Assembly: GCF_039654945.1 (NCBI RefSeq) | Contig: NW_027361924.1 | Coordinates: 4,154,001 to 4,218,000 of the forward strand | Direction: 5' to 3' | Length of the DNA: 64,000 nt | From: Dendrobates tinctorius | Lineage: Eukaryota | In this document: positions 47,379 to 59,788 of the stretch, piece by piece | How positions within the stretch are numbered: the stretch's first letter is position 1 | Layout: the number at the start of each line of letters is the position of its first letter | Program-made: the position numbers and the translations under genes | The notes under the pieces: generated by a model | Database searches by the model: none | The model's input: only the letters and a program-made list of their open reading frames with translations | Told to the model about the DNA's origin: nothing

Positions 47379-48048
47379 GTGTTGTGTAGGGATATAACGG
47401 AAGAACTTTCGCCATACAAGAGCCAGATATCAAATATCAGCTGCTGAGGAAACATGGCTATAATTAGGAAAAGTGATTTCATTCATCCTGGGCCCATAGT
47501 CACACCTCCTCCTCGAGGGTCAGAAACCCCTCGTGATTGTGGCCATGTGGTCCTCAATTTTGCAGCCATTCTGGCAGCATGACGTGGGGGGTGCTATCCG
47601 CTGTTCACTTTGTGCCACCGCCAAACCTGCTGGAATAAATGTCTCTGAAAATGTACTAATTTTTTTTTTATTTATTAATTCCCACATTATAAAAGTGATT
47701 GGATATGGCACCACTTTATGATTGGGGTGGTCTAAAATGTGAGACCCCCCCCCCCCCCCCCCACTAATCCTGAGAAAGAAGGGCTAGTATAGTAGCTGGA
47801 CTTATTCAATTCATTAGGGGCAACACTGCACTCTTCTGCCAGGGAATCGCACAGCAGCCGCTCCTTTCTCCGGTGCTTTGAGCGTCACAGCCATCTTGGA
47901 TCTATTAAAAGATGGTCTCCATATACCAGGGATTAACAACCGCCGGCATTTCAGCTGTTGTAAAACGACCAGATAGCTGCCCAAGGCATGCTGGGAGTTG
48001 TAGTTTCACAATATGTGTAGCTGAAAGTTGCCAATCCCCTCTGCATTA

Positions 48049-48249
48049 GGGCAGAGTCAGACGGCCGTATTTCTCGTGCGAGAATCACATCGTAAAACTT
48101 GTCCTGGCTGTTGGCTCTTCTGACCTGAGCTTGACAGCTGTATAGTAATCCATCATGCTGTCTTGCGCAGGTCAGGAGAGGTGCCGGGCCAGTCCATGCA
48201 GTGCGATGCGATTCTCGCATGAGTTCCATACGGCTGTCTGACTCTGCCA
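48049..48249. mobile_element. Harbinger-type MITE
   Basis: TTA|GGGCAGAGTCAGACGGCCGTAT...ATACGGCTGTCTGACTCTGCCA|TTA. Confidence 0.8.
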
Positions 48250-49109
48250 TTATGCCATGACTGCCCTAAATAAACAGAAGGGAAAATGCTGAAAAACCAG
48301 CTCTTGCTTTGGGGCAGCTGTGAATAATATGGTTACCGGCTGACTACACTGTTTCCCTTCCCCTGCACTCTCCCAGGTAATTGAGGGGGGTTCTTGCACC
48401 CCTGGCCATCTAATCTTTAGCAAAATTCGGATACAAAGAAAATGATGTGGTAGAGATGTGGCAACCAATATGGCTATGGGCACATGCGCGCACACACCCC
48501 CACCCCCGTCCGTGGGTTGTCAGACAAGTGTATCAGTCATGCCAACTGTAATCAATCTTTTCCAGCTCTGGATGCAATAATCAGCTGTGTCCATGAGACC
48601 AGAGATAAATCTCTCAATTTATTCAAGTGGATTTGACAACAAATTACAGTTTTGGGGTCATGCAGCAGGTTTTTGTGAGCATGGATGGGTCCTCGCATGC
48701 ACCAATATAACTAGGATATATCTTTGGTACACCAGCTGATCTCCAACTACAACTCCCATCATCATCTGGTGTAACAAAGCTGCAGGAAGCGGAAGGGTTA
48801 TATTACTGAACCTGCTGTGGTGGTGGTGTGAACCCTGAGTGTTATGGCGGCACCAGAACAGTGGAGTTACCGTGAGACCCCTGCACCTCCAGCGAGCTTC
48901 GGCCAAAGGACAAACCGAAATTAAAATGGGGGGGGGGGCCCCCAATCACATCTATGTACGAGGGTTAAATACCAGGAGCGTTCACAGCTTCATAAAACAC
49001 TTTACATTGAGCTCATTTACAGACCAGACTGAACCGAAACAGCAGCAGTGCGAAGTCAGTGCTGTGGAAAGTCCATTAATAACACCATCTGTGAGGATTA
49101 TATACATCT

Positions 49110-49125
49110 CCACTAGAGGGCGCAC
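49110..49125 (+). promoter_or_regulatory. Candidate CTCF site between the SHMT1 and SMCR8 coding 3' ends
   Basis: CCACTAGAGGGCGCAC matches the CTCF core. Confidence 0.5.
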
Positions 49126-51243
49126 TGCAGTCGGTTACCATCTGGTCTGCTGAGGGACACTTTTTCCTAAATGCTTCCTGCAGCGCTTGCTGAGACTTTT
49201 AGTTCCACAGCAGCCAAGCCACCTAAACGTGTGCAGCCTCTTCAAGAACTTGCAACCGACTGAACACCCCAGACGGACGGACACCGATCTTTCACAGTTG
49301 GAGCCGCGAAAGGAAAACTCCCTTCATGGTTCTGTCTGATGGGGCAGAGCTTGCTCCTGGTGTCATGCTCCGCCCACCACTGTGCCCCTCCCAATGGACC
49401 TCTATAAAGAGAGGGCGACAATCCATCTGTCTAGGGTTAACAGTCAGCAACACTTTAGCTGTGTTGAAACTACAACTCCCAGCATGCCCTGAAAGTCCTA
49501 AACAAAACACTAGAGGTTGTGTAATTTTGTACTGAAAGCTTAACAGGGTTTTCCACATAATCAAAGCAGTTTTGCAATTTACAGTCATTGAGTCCTAGGA
49601 GACAGACCACTGCAGCTTGGACGGGATTAGCAGGTAACTGCACGCTCCAGAGATCACAGCAGCGCTTACAAGTTCAATAAAAAGAGATTGTAAGTGCTGG
49701 CACATTCTGCTTTCTAGCATCACTCCATTCAGAGATCTGTGAATGCTTTTCTCCCTGATGGCAAGCAGTGCTTTTACCAAATCTTTCCTTAACAGCTGTG
49801 GAAGTGGTTCTTCTTGGTAAACGCCCTGCTTGCTGTCAGTAAGTGAAACGATTCATCTGATCGTTTCCACTCACTGCCGGCAAGCAGAGGTGAATCTAGA
49901 CAAAGAAAATCGGATTGTGGTGATGCAAATCTGACTTCATAAACCTCTATTAGATGAAGCAGAGTGAAAACGTTCTCCAATAATTGATAAATGTTTCCAT
50001 TCACTGACGGCAAGCAGGGGTTGACCAAGTCAGGCTTAAATGGCAGATGGGATTGTAACTCTGACAAGTCCTGTAACCAAGATTGGACATTATTCACTAC
50101 ACATAGCAAGAGACTATTCCCATTCACTGCCAGGAAGCACAAATCTTACAAGTAAATTACAAAACGCAAACAGAAATAACACTGGGCTGACGGCGAGCGC
50201 TGGGGGCCGCTAACTCTAAGGTTTAGCGCTTATAGTGCTGGAGCGTTATAACAGCGGATATCAGCCAGGTCTGATGTAAAGGGAAAAAAAAATCCCCACC
50301 CAGGCGATATAAAGGGAGGGGAGGTTCCTGCACTCCTCAGTAATGAAATGGCTGATAACAGGGACTATAGATGATTCAATCCCAAAAAGAGAACGAAGGT
50401 GAGATGTACAAAAAAAAACTGTCTCTGACACTGGAATGACTGCTGTAAAGCTGCCCCCTATAGGACGGATCTCTGTAAAAATAAAATCTGGCTAATTACT
50501 AAAATGTGCAGTTTTAAAATGTTTTTTGTGCTCCGATACCAGGGTGAAAACTTTCGCTTCTTCTGTAAATATCAGTGCAAAAGCTCTGCATCTGGACCCA
50601 ACGTTATGGCCGTATTCGCACAATACATTCCCCTGGAAAACCGCAGTGTGTTAACACAGCCAAAGAATGTACAAATGCACCTGTACTGGAAGGATTTTTG
50701 TCATGTTTTTTCCAAAACTCTATGCACCAAAGCCGGAAAAAAAAAAAGAATGCAACTGTAAAGCCATACATGGAGGGAAAGGACTTTGAAGATATATGAC
50801 AAATTAGTGACTATGATTGGGAAAGGGGAGAGGAGATTGCGCTCACCAGCACTAGTAGACGCTAGACCTTAGGGTCAGTGTCCCTCCAGTAGCAGATTCG
50901 GCACCTACCGGTCACCGGCTTCTTTTTTTCTTTAATAATCAAACTGTGACTGCTGTTGCGAAACTACAACTCCCAGCATGCCACGAAAGCTATTGGCACC
51001 AGATTTGACAACGACTGGCTCCCAGGGCATGCTGGGAGCCTTAGTTTTGCAATGCCAGGACAGCCACAGGTTGAAAGCAACTGACATAGGTCCTCAGTAG
51101 TAAAAACTGGCAGAGACAATGTGACAAACCAAAAGGTTAAAAAAGTAAATAAAGCCCCCCCAAGATTCTTCTCTTGGCTGCGGAGCCGACCAAAATGCGC
51201 AGTCTTATACACCCACACGTTTCTACAGGGGGCGACCGATGGG

Positions 51244-54200
51244 TCAAATCTTGTATAAAATGCTGGGGATGTAATCAAATCTGAGCACAGGAAGCAGCTG
51301 CGTCCCCGATTCTCTTAGATAATGCATTTTGAGCAGTTCCGAGAGGTATTCTACGATCTTACTGTCCTCGTGGGAGAGGCCGAGGAGCTGCTGCAGGAAG
51401 GCGACGCGGCGCTGGGTTATCGACTCCTCGCTCTCCTTCTCCCGGATGGGCAGGTGGACGTGGTGGCAAAAGGTGAAGAGGAAGGCCTTAGCGCTGAGCT
51501 GGGTCAGCATGCTCTGCACGTGCATGTAGTAAGTGCTGCCCTTCCTAATCTGTGTGCGGTGGTCTGCCACCCTCTGGAGGAGCGTCCCTCTGTACACAGG
51601 GCACCGCAGTGTCTTGTTGTCCGCATCCAATATGCTGGCGTACCGGCTGTATCGGCTCAGGGTGTGCAGAGTGTTGGATCCGGAAGGAGAGACCCCCCTA
51701 CGAGATGAGAAGAAAAAAAAAAGTTATTAAAAAGTAACAAAGTTCTGAAACTTTTCAACTGCATCTTACCATTTAAGAATTCTGCTTGCTATCAGTGAAT
51801 GGAAACTCACTTATATAGTCACCGATTCATGATGGACATGACCAGGAAAACGTTTGCATTCCCTGACAGCTAGCAGAAGTCGGCATAACCCCATTTTTTA
51901 TTTTTTTTTTATGTTAGGCTCCCAACAGCTATCACAGTCCGGGTGGAGCAATAAGTCAGAAATCTAGCTCCTATGTCAGGGTTCCACTCTGTCCTCCTAT
52001 ACTTTACACTGCAGCTCTGCTCGCTCAGATTTTATACCCACAAACCCAGTGGGACTCCATTATGTGGAGAGGGGCTTCAGAGGATTAGAAAGCAGCGAGG
52101 ACCATTCTCACATTGTCAGTGATGTAGAACAACCGACTCCCTGAAGAGGGGGAAGAAACCAAACAGGAGGTCGAGGACACGGAGTAAATTGTGTAATGGC
52201 TTCCGTTACTGCCTCCTAGAAACTGATAATGCAGATATTATCTAATATGGAGAAGACTTGATTCATAATAGTCGGATCCCGAGGATAAAGTGGGAAGCCA
52301 CCTTTGGGGAAAAAATATTTTTTACCGGTACTTAAAAGCATGAAATTTGAGCTAAATTTTTAGCTCAAATTTCATGCTTTTAAGTACCGGTAAAAAATTG
52401 AAAAAGTAATTTTACTTTTGCAATTGGATTTCATTTAAAATCTCTATAGCCTCCGTATTTTTACTGCCTATGAATGAGTTAACTGAGCACGTCCTGATAA
52501 GAGTTTTCAGCATGGGAAATATAAATGTACAGGGAAACATCAGCGTGAAAAAGCAAAAGGTATAATGAAAGCCAATTGCAAAAATGATATTTAATCCCAA
52601 ATACATGCATTTAAAAATGATAGTTCCTGTAAGTGGAAAATCCTTTTAAGGATAACTTCACAAGGGATGAAAATCCACAGATAATCCGCACATATAACAA
52701 GAGATTAATTCACTGCACATTTCTCCTCTATATAGGAAGAGATGAAATCCACAGTGAATATTTGCACCAGAGATTCAGAGCGCAGGGCAATTACCGCAGC
52801 CGGAGGATGAGATTTCCTCCACACAGCTAGTACTCAGTACCACACAAGTATGGGGACGTTTTTCAGGGTCTTTACCTCTGAAGTCCAATCAGTTTCCACT
52901 TCTGGAAATCCATGACGTGCAGGGGGGAGGTCACCCACGTCTTGATGGGTTTGGCTACGTGTCCATTATTAGGGACAAACACGGACAACGCCGTCACAAG
53001 TTTTTTCACAAAGGCTTCCTCTTCGCCCAACACAACGAGGGTCCTCCCGCTGAGCAGAGAGTAAATGGCGGGGTGAGAAAAGGGGTACTGCCTGATGAAC
53101 ATCAGAGCATTTTGGCCGGCTTTCCTTTTTTGGCGTTCGGTGATGGTGGCAACGGGGGGAGGGGAAGGTGTCCTATCGGAGCAGGTGGAAGCGCCGCTTC
53201 TGTAGCTGGTGGAGTCCTCGTCCACAGTCATTTTTCCAGCGTCCCTGCTACTCAATAGGTAGTTGGACTCAGGAGGAGCGGGGCTTTCCCCGGATGGGTC
53301 GTCCACTTGCTCCACGTAGAATTTCACCGAACCGAACATATGGCTGATGTGCCTGCCAGCCTGAGGCGGCATGCTGACTACGACGCCATCGCTTGGCACA
53401 AAGTCTCCGGCTAACTCGTCAAGAATGGGAGACTCAGTCCGTATACAACAGGCCGGGTCCACAGTCAGATCGACCTCGTTGGCTTGATCATTGTCCTTGA
53501 AATTGGCACAGTCCTCACCCTCGGCAGAGGTCTCCTCTTCGTTAATGGCTATTTGGTAAGAGGCTCGAAAATCTTCAGGGATCACAGTTTCGGATGTACA
53601 AGTACTAAGGACTTCAATGCTGTCCTCGCTGATGGTCCTCCGGCTGCCGGATTTCCGTCTGGACTGCGGGCTTGGATGAAGCCTCAGGCACGGCTGACTC
53701 TCCGAATGGACGAGGAGCGTAGACTTCTCAGTCTGTAAAACCTCGATGCTGTCTCCACTGCTCACACTCCCTTTGGTCTCTGCCTCGAAACCCTCTGTGT
53801 TGCTGGTCGCCTCATCCTGGTCATCGTCGAACGCCTCCTGCTCAATTTTAATCCGCACAGACTCCACGCTGGACTTGTAGGACTCCACACTGACCGAGGG
53901 CTTCATGTCTTCTGCCGCTTTAGCAGCACTCGGCTGGTTCAAATATTGCCTAGCGATCGGTTTAAGAGCCAAGGTGGAGACGTCCTCAAAGAGAAAGTTT
54001 GCAATGGCTTGCTGCCCTAGGAGGGTTCTGTCCAGGTGGCTCATGACTAAGTAGCTGACGTCGCCCCGATAGCGCTTCTCGATGGCCGTCAGCAGGTCCA
54101 TCGTCTGGGTGAAAAAGTAGACGTCCACCAGCTCCTCCAAGGTCTTCAGCTTCTTATCGAAACACTTGGAAGACTTGGCTTTGATGAATTTGGGGGTGTA

Positions 54201-55070
54201 GGAGGAGCGAGGGGTGTAGACCTCCGGGTCATCGTCGTCACCTTCGTGGTCGGAGGTGGTGACTGGGTCCGGCACGTATGGCTGGTAGTCCTCCCCCTTT
54301 AGGTGTCGGTATGGGTAGGACTGGATCTGTCGCAGGAGGTCCTGGTGCTCGATCATGGACTTCTCCACGTTGCCCAGCTCGTTGGCCTTCTCGATGGCCT
54401 GGGTGGTGTAGAAACCCTGGTGGTCCGTCTTCTCCTGCTCTTCCATCTCGTCCAGGAGGACGCTCCGGGTGTAGTCCAGGTCCTTTAGCTTCTTCTCCAG
54501 CTCGTTGGCGAACGCTTTGCGGTTTCCAGTCTTGAGACATTCGGACGCCTTGGAGAAGTCGCCCGAGAGCTGCAGGAACTGCTCCATGATCTTGTCCTCG
54601 TCGGTGGAGATGTAGGCCATGCAGAAGGGGCGCACGAAGCCTCGCGCTTCCAGGTCGTACAGCGTCAGGTGGTGCACGTAGGCGAACGCCCCTTCCTTGG
54701 AGTCGCCCAGGACCACCTTGGAGTCCTCCACGAAGTTCAGCTTGGGGTACGAAGACCCTGGGGGGTGACCCACGAACGAGGCCTGGTAGTCCACCGACAT
54801 GATGCGCAGGGAGAAGTAGTTGAGGTCGAAGGCACCGCGGACGCGGGGGTCGTCGGGGACGGTGAGAAGAGGCTGTGGCCCCACCTGCTCCGAGAACTCC
54901 GAGATCAGGATGAAGTCCCTGATGAATTTGGCCCCCGAAAGCCGGGACCAGGGGCTGCTCTCTGGAAACAGCGGCACTGAGTACTCCTCTGGGAGCCCCG
55001 GGGAGTCCTGCAGGGGGCAGTCATACTCCTCATCGCGGGTAAACGCCACCACATCCGGAGAGCCGATCAT
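51244..55070 (-). CDS. SMCR8: SMCR8, DENN-fold subunit of the C9orf72-SMCR8-WDR41 complex; 882 aa, 2 coding exons
   Basis: Exon 1 55070-52876 (MIGSPDVVAFT..., EFSEQVGPQP, LYDLEARGFVRP, ...KLIGLQR; donor AG|GTAAAG) and exon 2 51697-51244 (GVSPSG...SRYSRYASILDADNKTLRCP...SILYKI*). Phase-2 junction; 2649 nt total. Confidence 0.97.
52317..52398. repeat. Perfect 82-bp palindrome (40-bp arms, 2-nt spacer) in the SMCR8 intron
   Basis: ATTTTTTACCGGTACTTAAAAGCATGAAATTTGAGCTAAA-TT-TTTAGCTCAAATTTCATGCTTTTAAGTACCGGTAAAAAAT. Confidence 0.92.
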
Positions 55071-55074
55071 CTTG

Positions 55075-55300
55075 TCACAAACACCTCACAGGGAGGACGC
55101 CATCTTGAATTGCGAACCACATGACATGCCAGTGACGTCACGGATTCCCGCTTAAGTAACACAAGTCCGGAACATAAGCGAGAGAAACCCAGCAGCCAGG
55201 AAGTTATCGTCCTTCCTTCCTCATCACCGGAGAAACAAGAATGCCGGGAATTGTAGTTCTGACAACGATCACATGACTAGTACGGAGCCTGGAGAGGGTC
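55075..55300. promoter_or_regulatory. SMCR8/TOP3A bidirectional promoter
   Basis: YY1 CGCCATCTT (~55098), CRE TGACGTCA (~55133), ETS CCGGAA (~55167), ZNF143/THAP11 motif ACTACAATTCCCGGCAT (minus strand, ~55241-55258); head-to-head gene arrangement. Confidence 0.8.
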
Positions 55301-55305
55301 AGAAG

Positions 55306-55662
55306 TAGTGATGTGTCGTTCGTGAACGATCCGATACAAAGAGCCGGCTCGCTGCTGTGAACGAAATGAGCCGGCTCTGCAGGGTGAATGAGCCGTTTTT
55401 TTTTTTTCTGGCGTCTGGAAGCAGTGAATCCTGACTGTGACTCATCTGGGGGGAGGAGCGGTCAGGAGAGGAGAAGTGGATAAATGCACGTGAGTTAACC
55501 CTTCAGTCCCAAATATATCCTGCCAGTTCCTCCATGGCATATATGGTGTGTGACTATGTGTAAGTCCTCTCCTGACCGCTTCACCCTGCAGAGCCGGCTC
55601 ATTTCGTTCACAGCAGGGAGCCGGCTCTTTGTATCGGATCGTTCACGAACGACACATCACTA
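55306..55662. mobile_element. hAT-like MITE with long TIRs in the SMCR8/TOP3A promoter or 5' UTR
   Basis: TAGTGATGTGTCGTTCGTGAACGATCCGATACAAAGAGCCGGCTC... and its near-exact inverse (~80 bp); no clean TSD. Confidence 0.8.
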
Positions 55663-56951
55663 CTCAGCGCCACTACGGTGAGCGAAGAGGGTCATACTGC
55701 AGCAGCAAACGAGTCCCCGCGCGGGAATCGACATGAAGTGTAATTATTGGACAGTTCCTTATTAGTGCGTGGTTCATTATGAGAGAAGACGCCGATTATT
55801 TGCCTCCTTCAACAGCTGAACGTTCGGTACAATGTGTCAGGGGGTGGGGTCTTTGATATGGATTCCTTCTGTTATACCGGGGAGAAGTAGAAAATCATGA
55901 AACTGAGAGTGTTTCCATTCACTGACAGCAAGCAGAGATGAAGAGAATGGCGAGGAATGGGTCCCCAAGGCCTGGTGTGTGGGGAATCCGTGTGTTAGTC
56001 TATTAACCCCTTCCCGGTGTGGGACGTACATGTATGCCCTTTTGTTGTGGGTGTACGGGGACGGCGACACAGTCGCCAGCAGTGACCAGAGCCGACTCTG
56101 ATCTCGCCTGCCAATGTCAATCCCTTTAATCAGCTCTCTTCAGAGTGCGTCGTGATCGTGGAGCGCCGACGGGTTGCTATGGCAACTGGAGGTTTGCGGA
56201 AGGCGCCCGTCGTTGCCGTTTTTATTGCAGTTTTTTTACTATCTACCATAGTATATATTACCGGCAATCACAGGCTCAAATCCTGTGAAGGGGGGAGTCA
56301 AAAATAAGTGAACAGAAAAAAATAAAATATTGAAAAAAATAAGTTTCCCCCTCCTCCCAATCCAAGATAAAAGAAATTGATCTGTAAAAATCTAAAAAAT
56401 AAATTAGCTGTAAAATTAAAAAAAAAACAATACTCAAAGCTCCTGAATTGCTTCTTTTTTTTTTTTGGGGGGGGGGGGGGTCATCTCAGAAAAGTTTAGT
56501 GCTCCAAATTGATACCTATAAAAACTACCACTCGAGGTGGAAAATAACAAGACGCCATCAACGGAGAAATAAAAGTTACCTGTCTTAGAGTATGACACAT
56601 TCATTTATTTATTTTTTTTCTCAAATTTCATTTTGTATTTGGAACCAATAAAATAAATATATTTATAGATAAGTTTGGTATCGAAGTAATCGCATTAACT
56701 TGGAGAAAAGTTGATGGTTCTTGAAAGAAAGGGAGGGAGGCAAAAAAAACAAACAAAAGCGCAGAAATGGAAAATCGTCCAGGTATAAAGGATGGGGGGA
56801 GTAGAGAGCCGGGGCTGTGCATGCCTGTGAGGTCTGGGTGACTCTGTGACTTAAGTCATGGTTTGATTAGTATTACTTCTTTTACAGGGATGTGTTGACC
56901 TCATCCGTTTTCTGTAGCGCTCAGACATGAACACCGCCGTCACCTCGCGTA

Positions 56952-58060
56952 ATGATCCTCCAGAGAAGTATTTTAGTTTTTAGCAGACAACTGACACTTT
57001 TCGGCATTCGCTCCTGTTCTGTAAACTCCATCAACATGTCGCTGAGAATCCCCATTCAGAAGGTCCTCTGTGTGGCCGAGAAGAATGATGCCGCCAAGGG
57101 GATCGCCGATCTTATGTCCAGCGGGAGAATGAGGAGGGTGAGGTCATTGATTGCAATTTCTTTAATAAAAAGGGGACCGTAATGGGCACGGTCACATATG
57201 CCAATATCACACACACCTGCCTACAAGATCCATGGCAGAAATCTTTGGCTCACTATCAGTCACTGGTTTACAGAACACTTGTTTTCGCATCAACCCTGAT
57301 GTCATTTCTTTAGGTGCGGATGCTCATCCTCCCACATGCAAAAGAAATTTGTTAATTTTCTATTTCATATTTGAATGCATGGGATATAGTTTGTCATTTG
57401 AATTGATGCAGATTTTGTAGTGGAATTTTCTCTAAAATTTGTGTAAAATCTGATCCTCATTGCTGCCATCTTGTTTCTTTTGTGATGCTCAACCACTGGA
57501 TGGGCTTCATGAGATACCGTGATTTCCTCCTTAATTCTGGGTACAAAGCTAAACAGAGATTTGAGTAATGGAGTGGCCATCGTTTAAAAAAAAAAAAAAA
57601 TAATAATAATATATCTAATATATAACGCGTGTGTGCATGCTACAGTGTTTTAAGTTCATTTTCATGTTTTTCATACATATATATCTACAGAGAGAAGGGT
57701 TTTCGAAGTTTAACAAGATCTATGAGTACGAATATCACCTTTTTGGAAGGGTAAGTGATAAGAATGAGAGCGGGAAGAATCTATGTATACCATGATAGGT
57801 CATTGTTTGCATCCAGAGGCTGTTTCTATTCGCTGACAGCAGGCAGAGATTTTGATTTGCAGCGTGCTTTGTGATTTGCGCTATTTTACGGACACCAACT
57901 ATTCGGTCATGTGTGTTCTTGGTTTGGGTGTTTATCTATCTTTTGTATTGTCATATTAGCATATATATATTATCATTTCTCCCCAGGACGTCTCCGTCAC
58001 TATGACTTCGGTGTCCGGACATTTGCTGGCGCTGGATTTTCAGAGTCACCTGAAGTCCTG
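56952..58060 (+). CDS. TOP3A: DNA topoisomerase III alpha, first three coding exons (gene continues beyond the window)
   Basis: Exons 56952-57137 (MILQRS...KVLCVAEKNDAAKGIADLMSSGRMRR), 57691-57750 (REGFSKFNKIYEYEYHLFGR) and 57987-58060 (DVSVTMTSVSGHLL...). TOPRIM motifs, GT-AG introns, second Met at 57036. Confidence 0.96.
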
Positions 58061-58186
58061 GTTGGTTTCTTCTTTGAAAAACTTTAGACCTGATGAAGAG
58101 AGATCTGCAATGTTAACGGTGTCACTGCAGCTTGCCAGAGACATCAGATAATTCTAATGAAAAAAAAACAAAAATGTTTTACTTGA

Positions 58187-58476
58187 AGGGGTTATTCTTA
58201 TTTTTTCATAGTTAGCACTGACAGACAGAGCTTATAAATACAAGTAATTTTGCAATTTACTGCTTGTTAAAATTTGCAGCCGTTCTTGAGATATTAGCAC
58301 TTTTCTTTTATTTATTGCAGCAGTGGTCGGTCTCCGAGGCAACGAGCTGTAAATAAAATAAAAGTGTTAATATCTCAAAAACGGCTGCAAATTTTGACAA
58401 GCAGTAAATTGCAAAAGTGCTTGTTTTTGCAATCGCTCTCTGAAAATATCCATTTCAGAAGATGGGAATCAACCCT
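58187..58476. mobile_element. Kolobok/T2-type palindromic MITE
   Basis: TTGA|AGGGGTT...AACCCT|TTAA with long internal inverted repeats. Confidence 0.7.
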
Positions 58477-59788
58477 TTAAAAAGATTATCCACTACCTGC
58501 CTCATAAAATTGAAACTCAGACGCTTGATTGAAGTGTGAGCGCTGCGTGGTAATGCAGTATTTTGATGGGGTTCAATCACATTTAAGAAGGAGTTGTTTA
58601 GTAGTGGGCAGCCTTTTTTTTTTAAGGAAGAGCTCCATTTCTCTATCGCTTCATTGGGGGACACAGAGACCATGGGTGTACGCTGCTGCCACTAGGAGGC
58701 TGACACTATGCACAAAAAAGGTTAGCTCCTCCTCCGCAGTGTACACCCCACCGACCGGCAGGAAATTCCTCAGTTTAGCTTAGTGTCAGTAGGAGGTGGA
58801 CACGGGTCTTTCATTAGACCATTATCTACCTCGATGTGCGTCGTTCCCTTTCAGGTTTCCGGAGGGATACAGTGTGAATAGTCACAACTGTACTCCCACA
58901 AAGAGACTATGAGTACGGCGTGTACTGCCACCCCGTATCCTCATAGCTCTCCACAGCGGGACCAAGAGCTCGGCACGGGTGCGTGCCAGCGGTCCAGATG
59001 GTCCTCACCCCCCGTCTCCCACCCACTCGCCCACCAGAGCCTGTCGGTTTGGATGAGACGCGGACACAACAAAAGACGGATCAGACAGCGTGGGATAATG
59101 AGGTACCTTTATTGAATGCAAGACGGAGGTAAGTATGGGGTCCGAGTCGCGTCCTCCTCATCCCTAGATGAATTTTCTTCAAAGCGGCCACGGCGGCCGC
59201 CGCAGTTACTCCTGGCCCTGGCGTCAGTAGGGGCCTTGCCCGGCGGTTTCCCCCCCCGCCTTCAGTCCTAGGCGCAGCAGATATCAGCGGCATTCTTCAG
59301 AACGGTTGCCGCGGCAGCACTGTGGGACCTCCGCGCCGCCCTGCACTGACAGGCGGCCGCCGCTATTAATTTAGGCCCCGGCTTCATTTCGGGCCTTCTT
59401 CTGTGTCGCGGCCACGCCCCCTGCCCCTTTCTCCTAAGCGGGCTTCTCTCCCGCCCGTTTTAGGCCCGCCCACCGCTCTCTCTTTGATCCTAGCATGTTA
59501 TGGCCAGCGGGCGGTGCCTCCTTCAGCTTTGGCGGCTAGCTCCGCCCTTCTTCTTCTTCCTCTGAAAGCGCGCGTTCCTCCTGTTCCTCTCAGGCGGCTG
59601 CCATCTTCGCAGCCTGTCAGCCGGACACCGCTCTCCGCTGCCCTACATCTTCAGACAAGTCGTGTGGCACGTTTTCTAGGGACACCGGACCGTGAGTAGC
59701 TCTGCATCTGCAGACTGACACCCTCCTCTGCCTTTCTATCCCCTAACCTTCCGGCATTTCTTCAGGGTCCTTATTTCCTTCCTTCATT

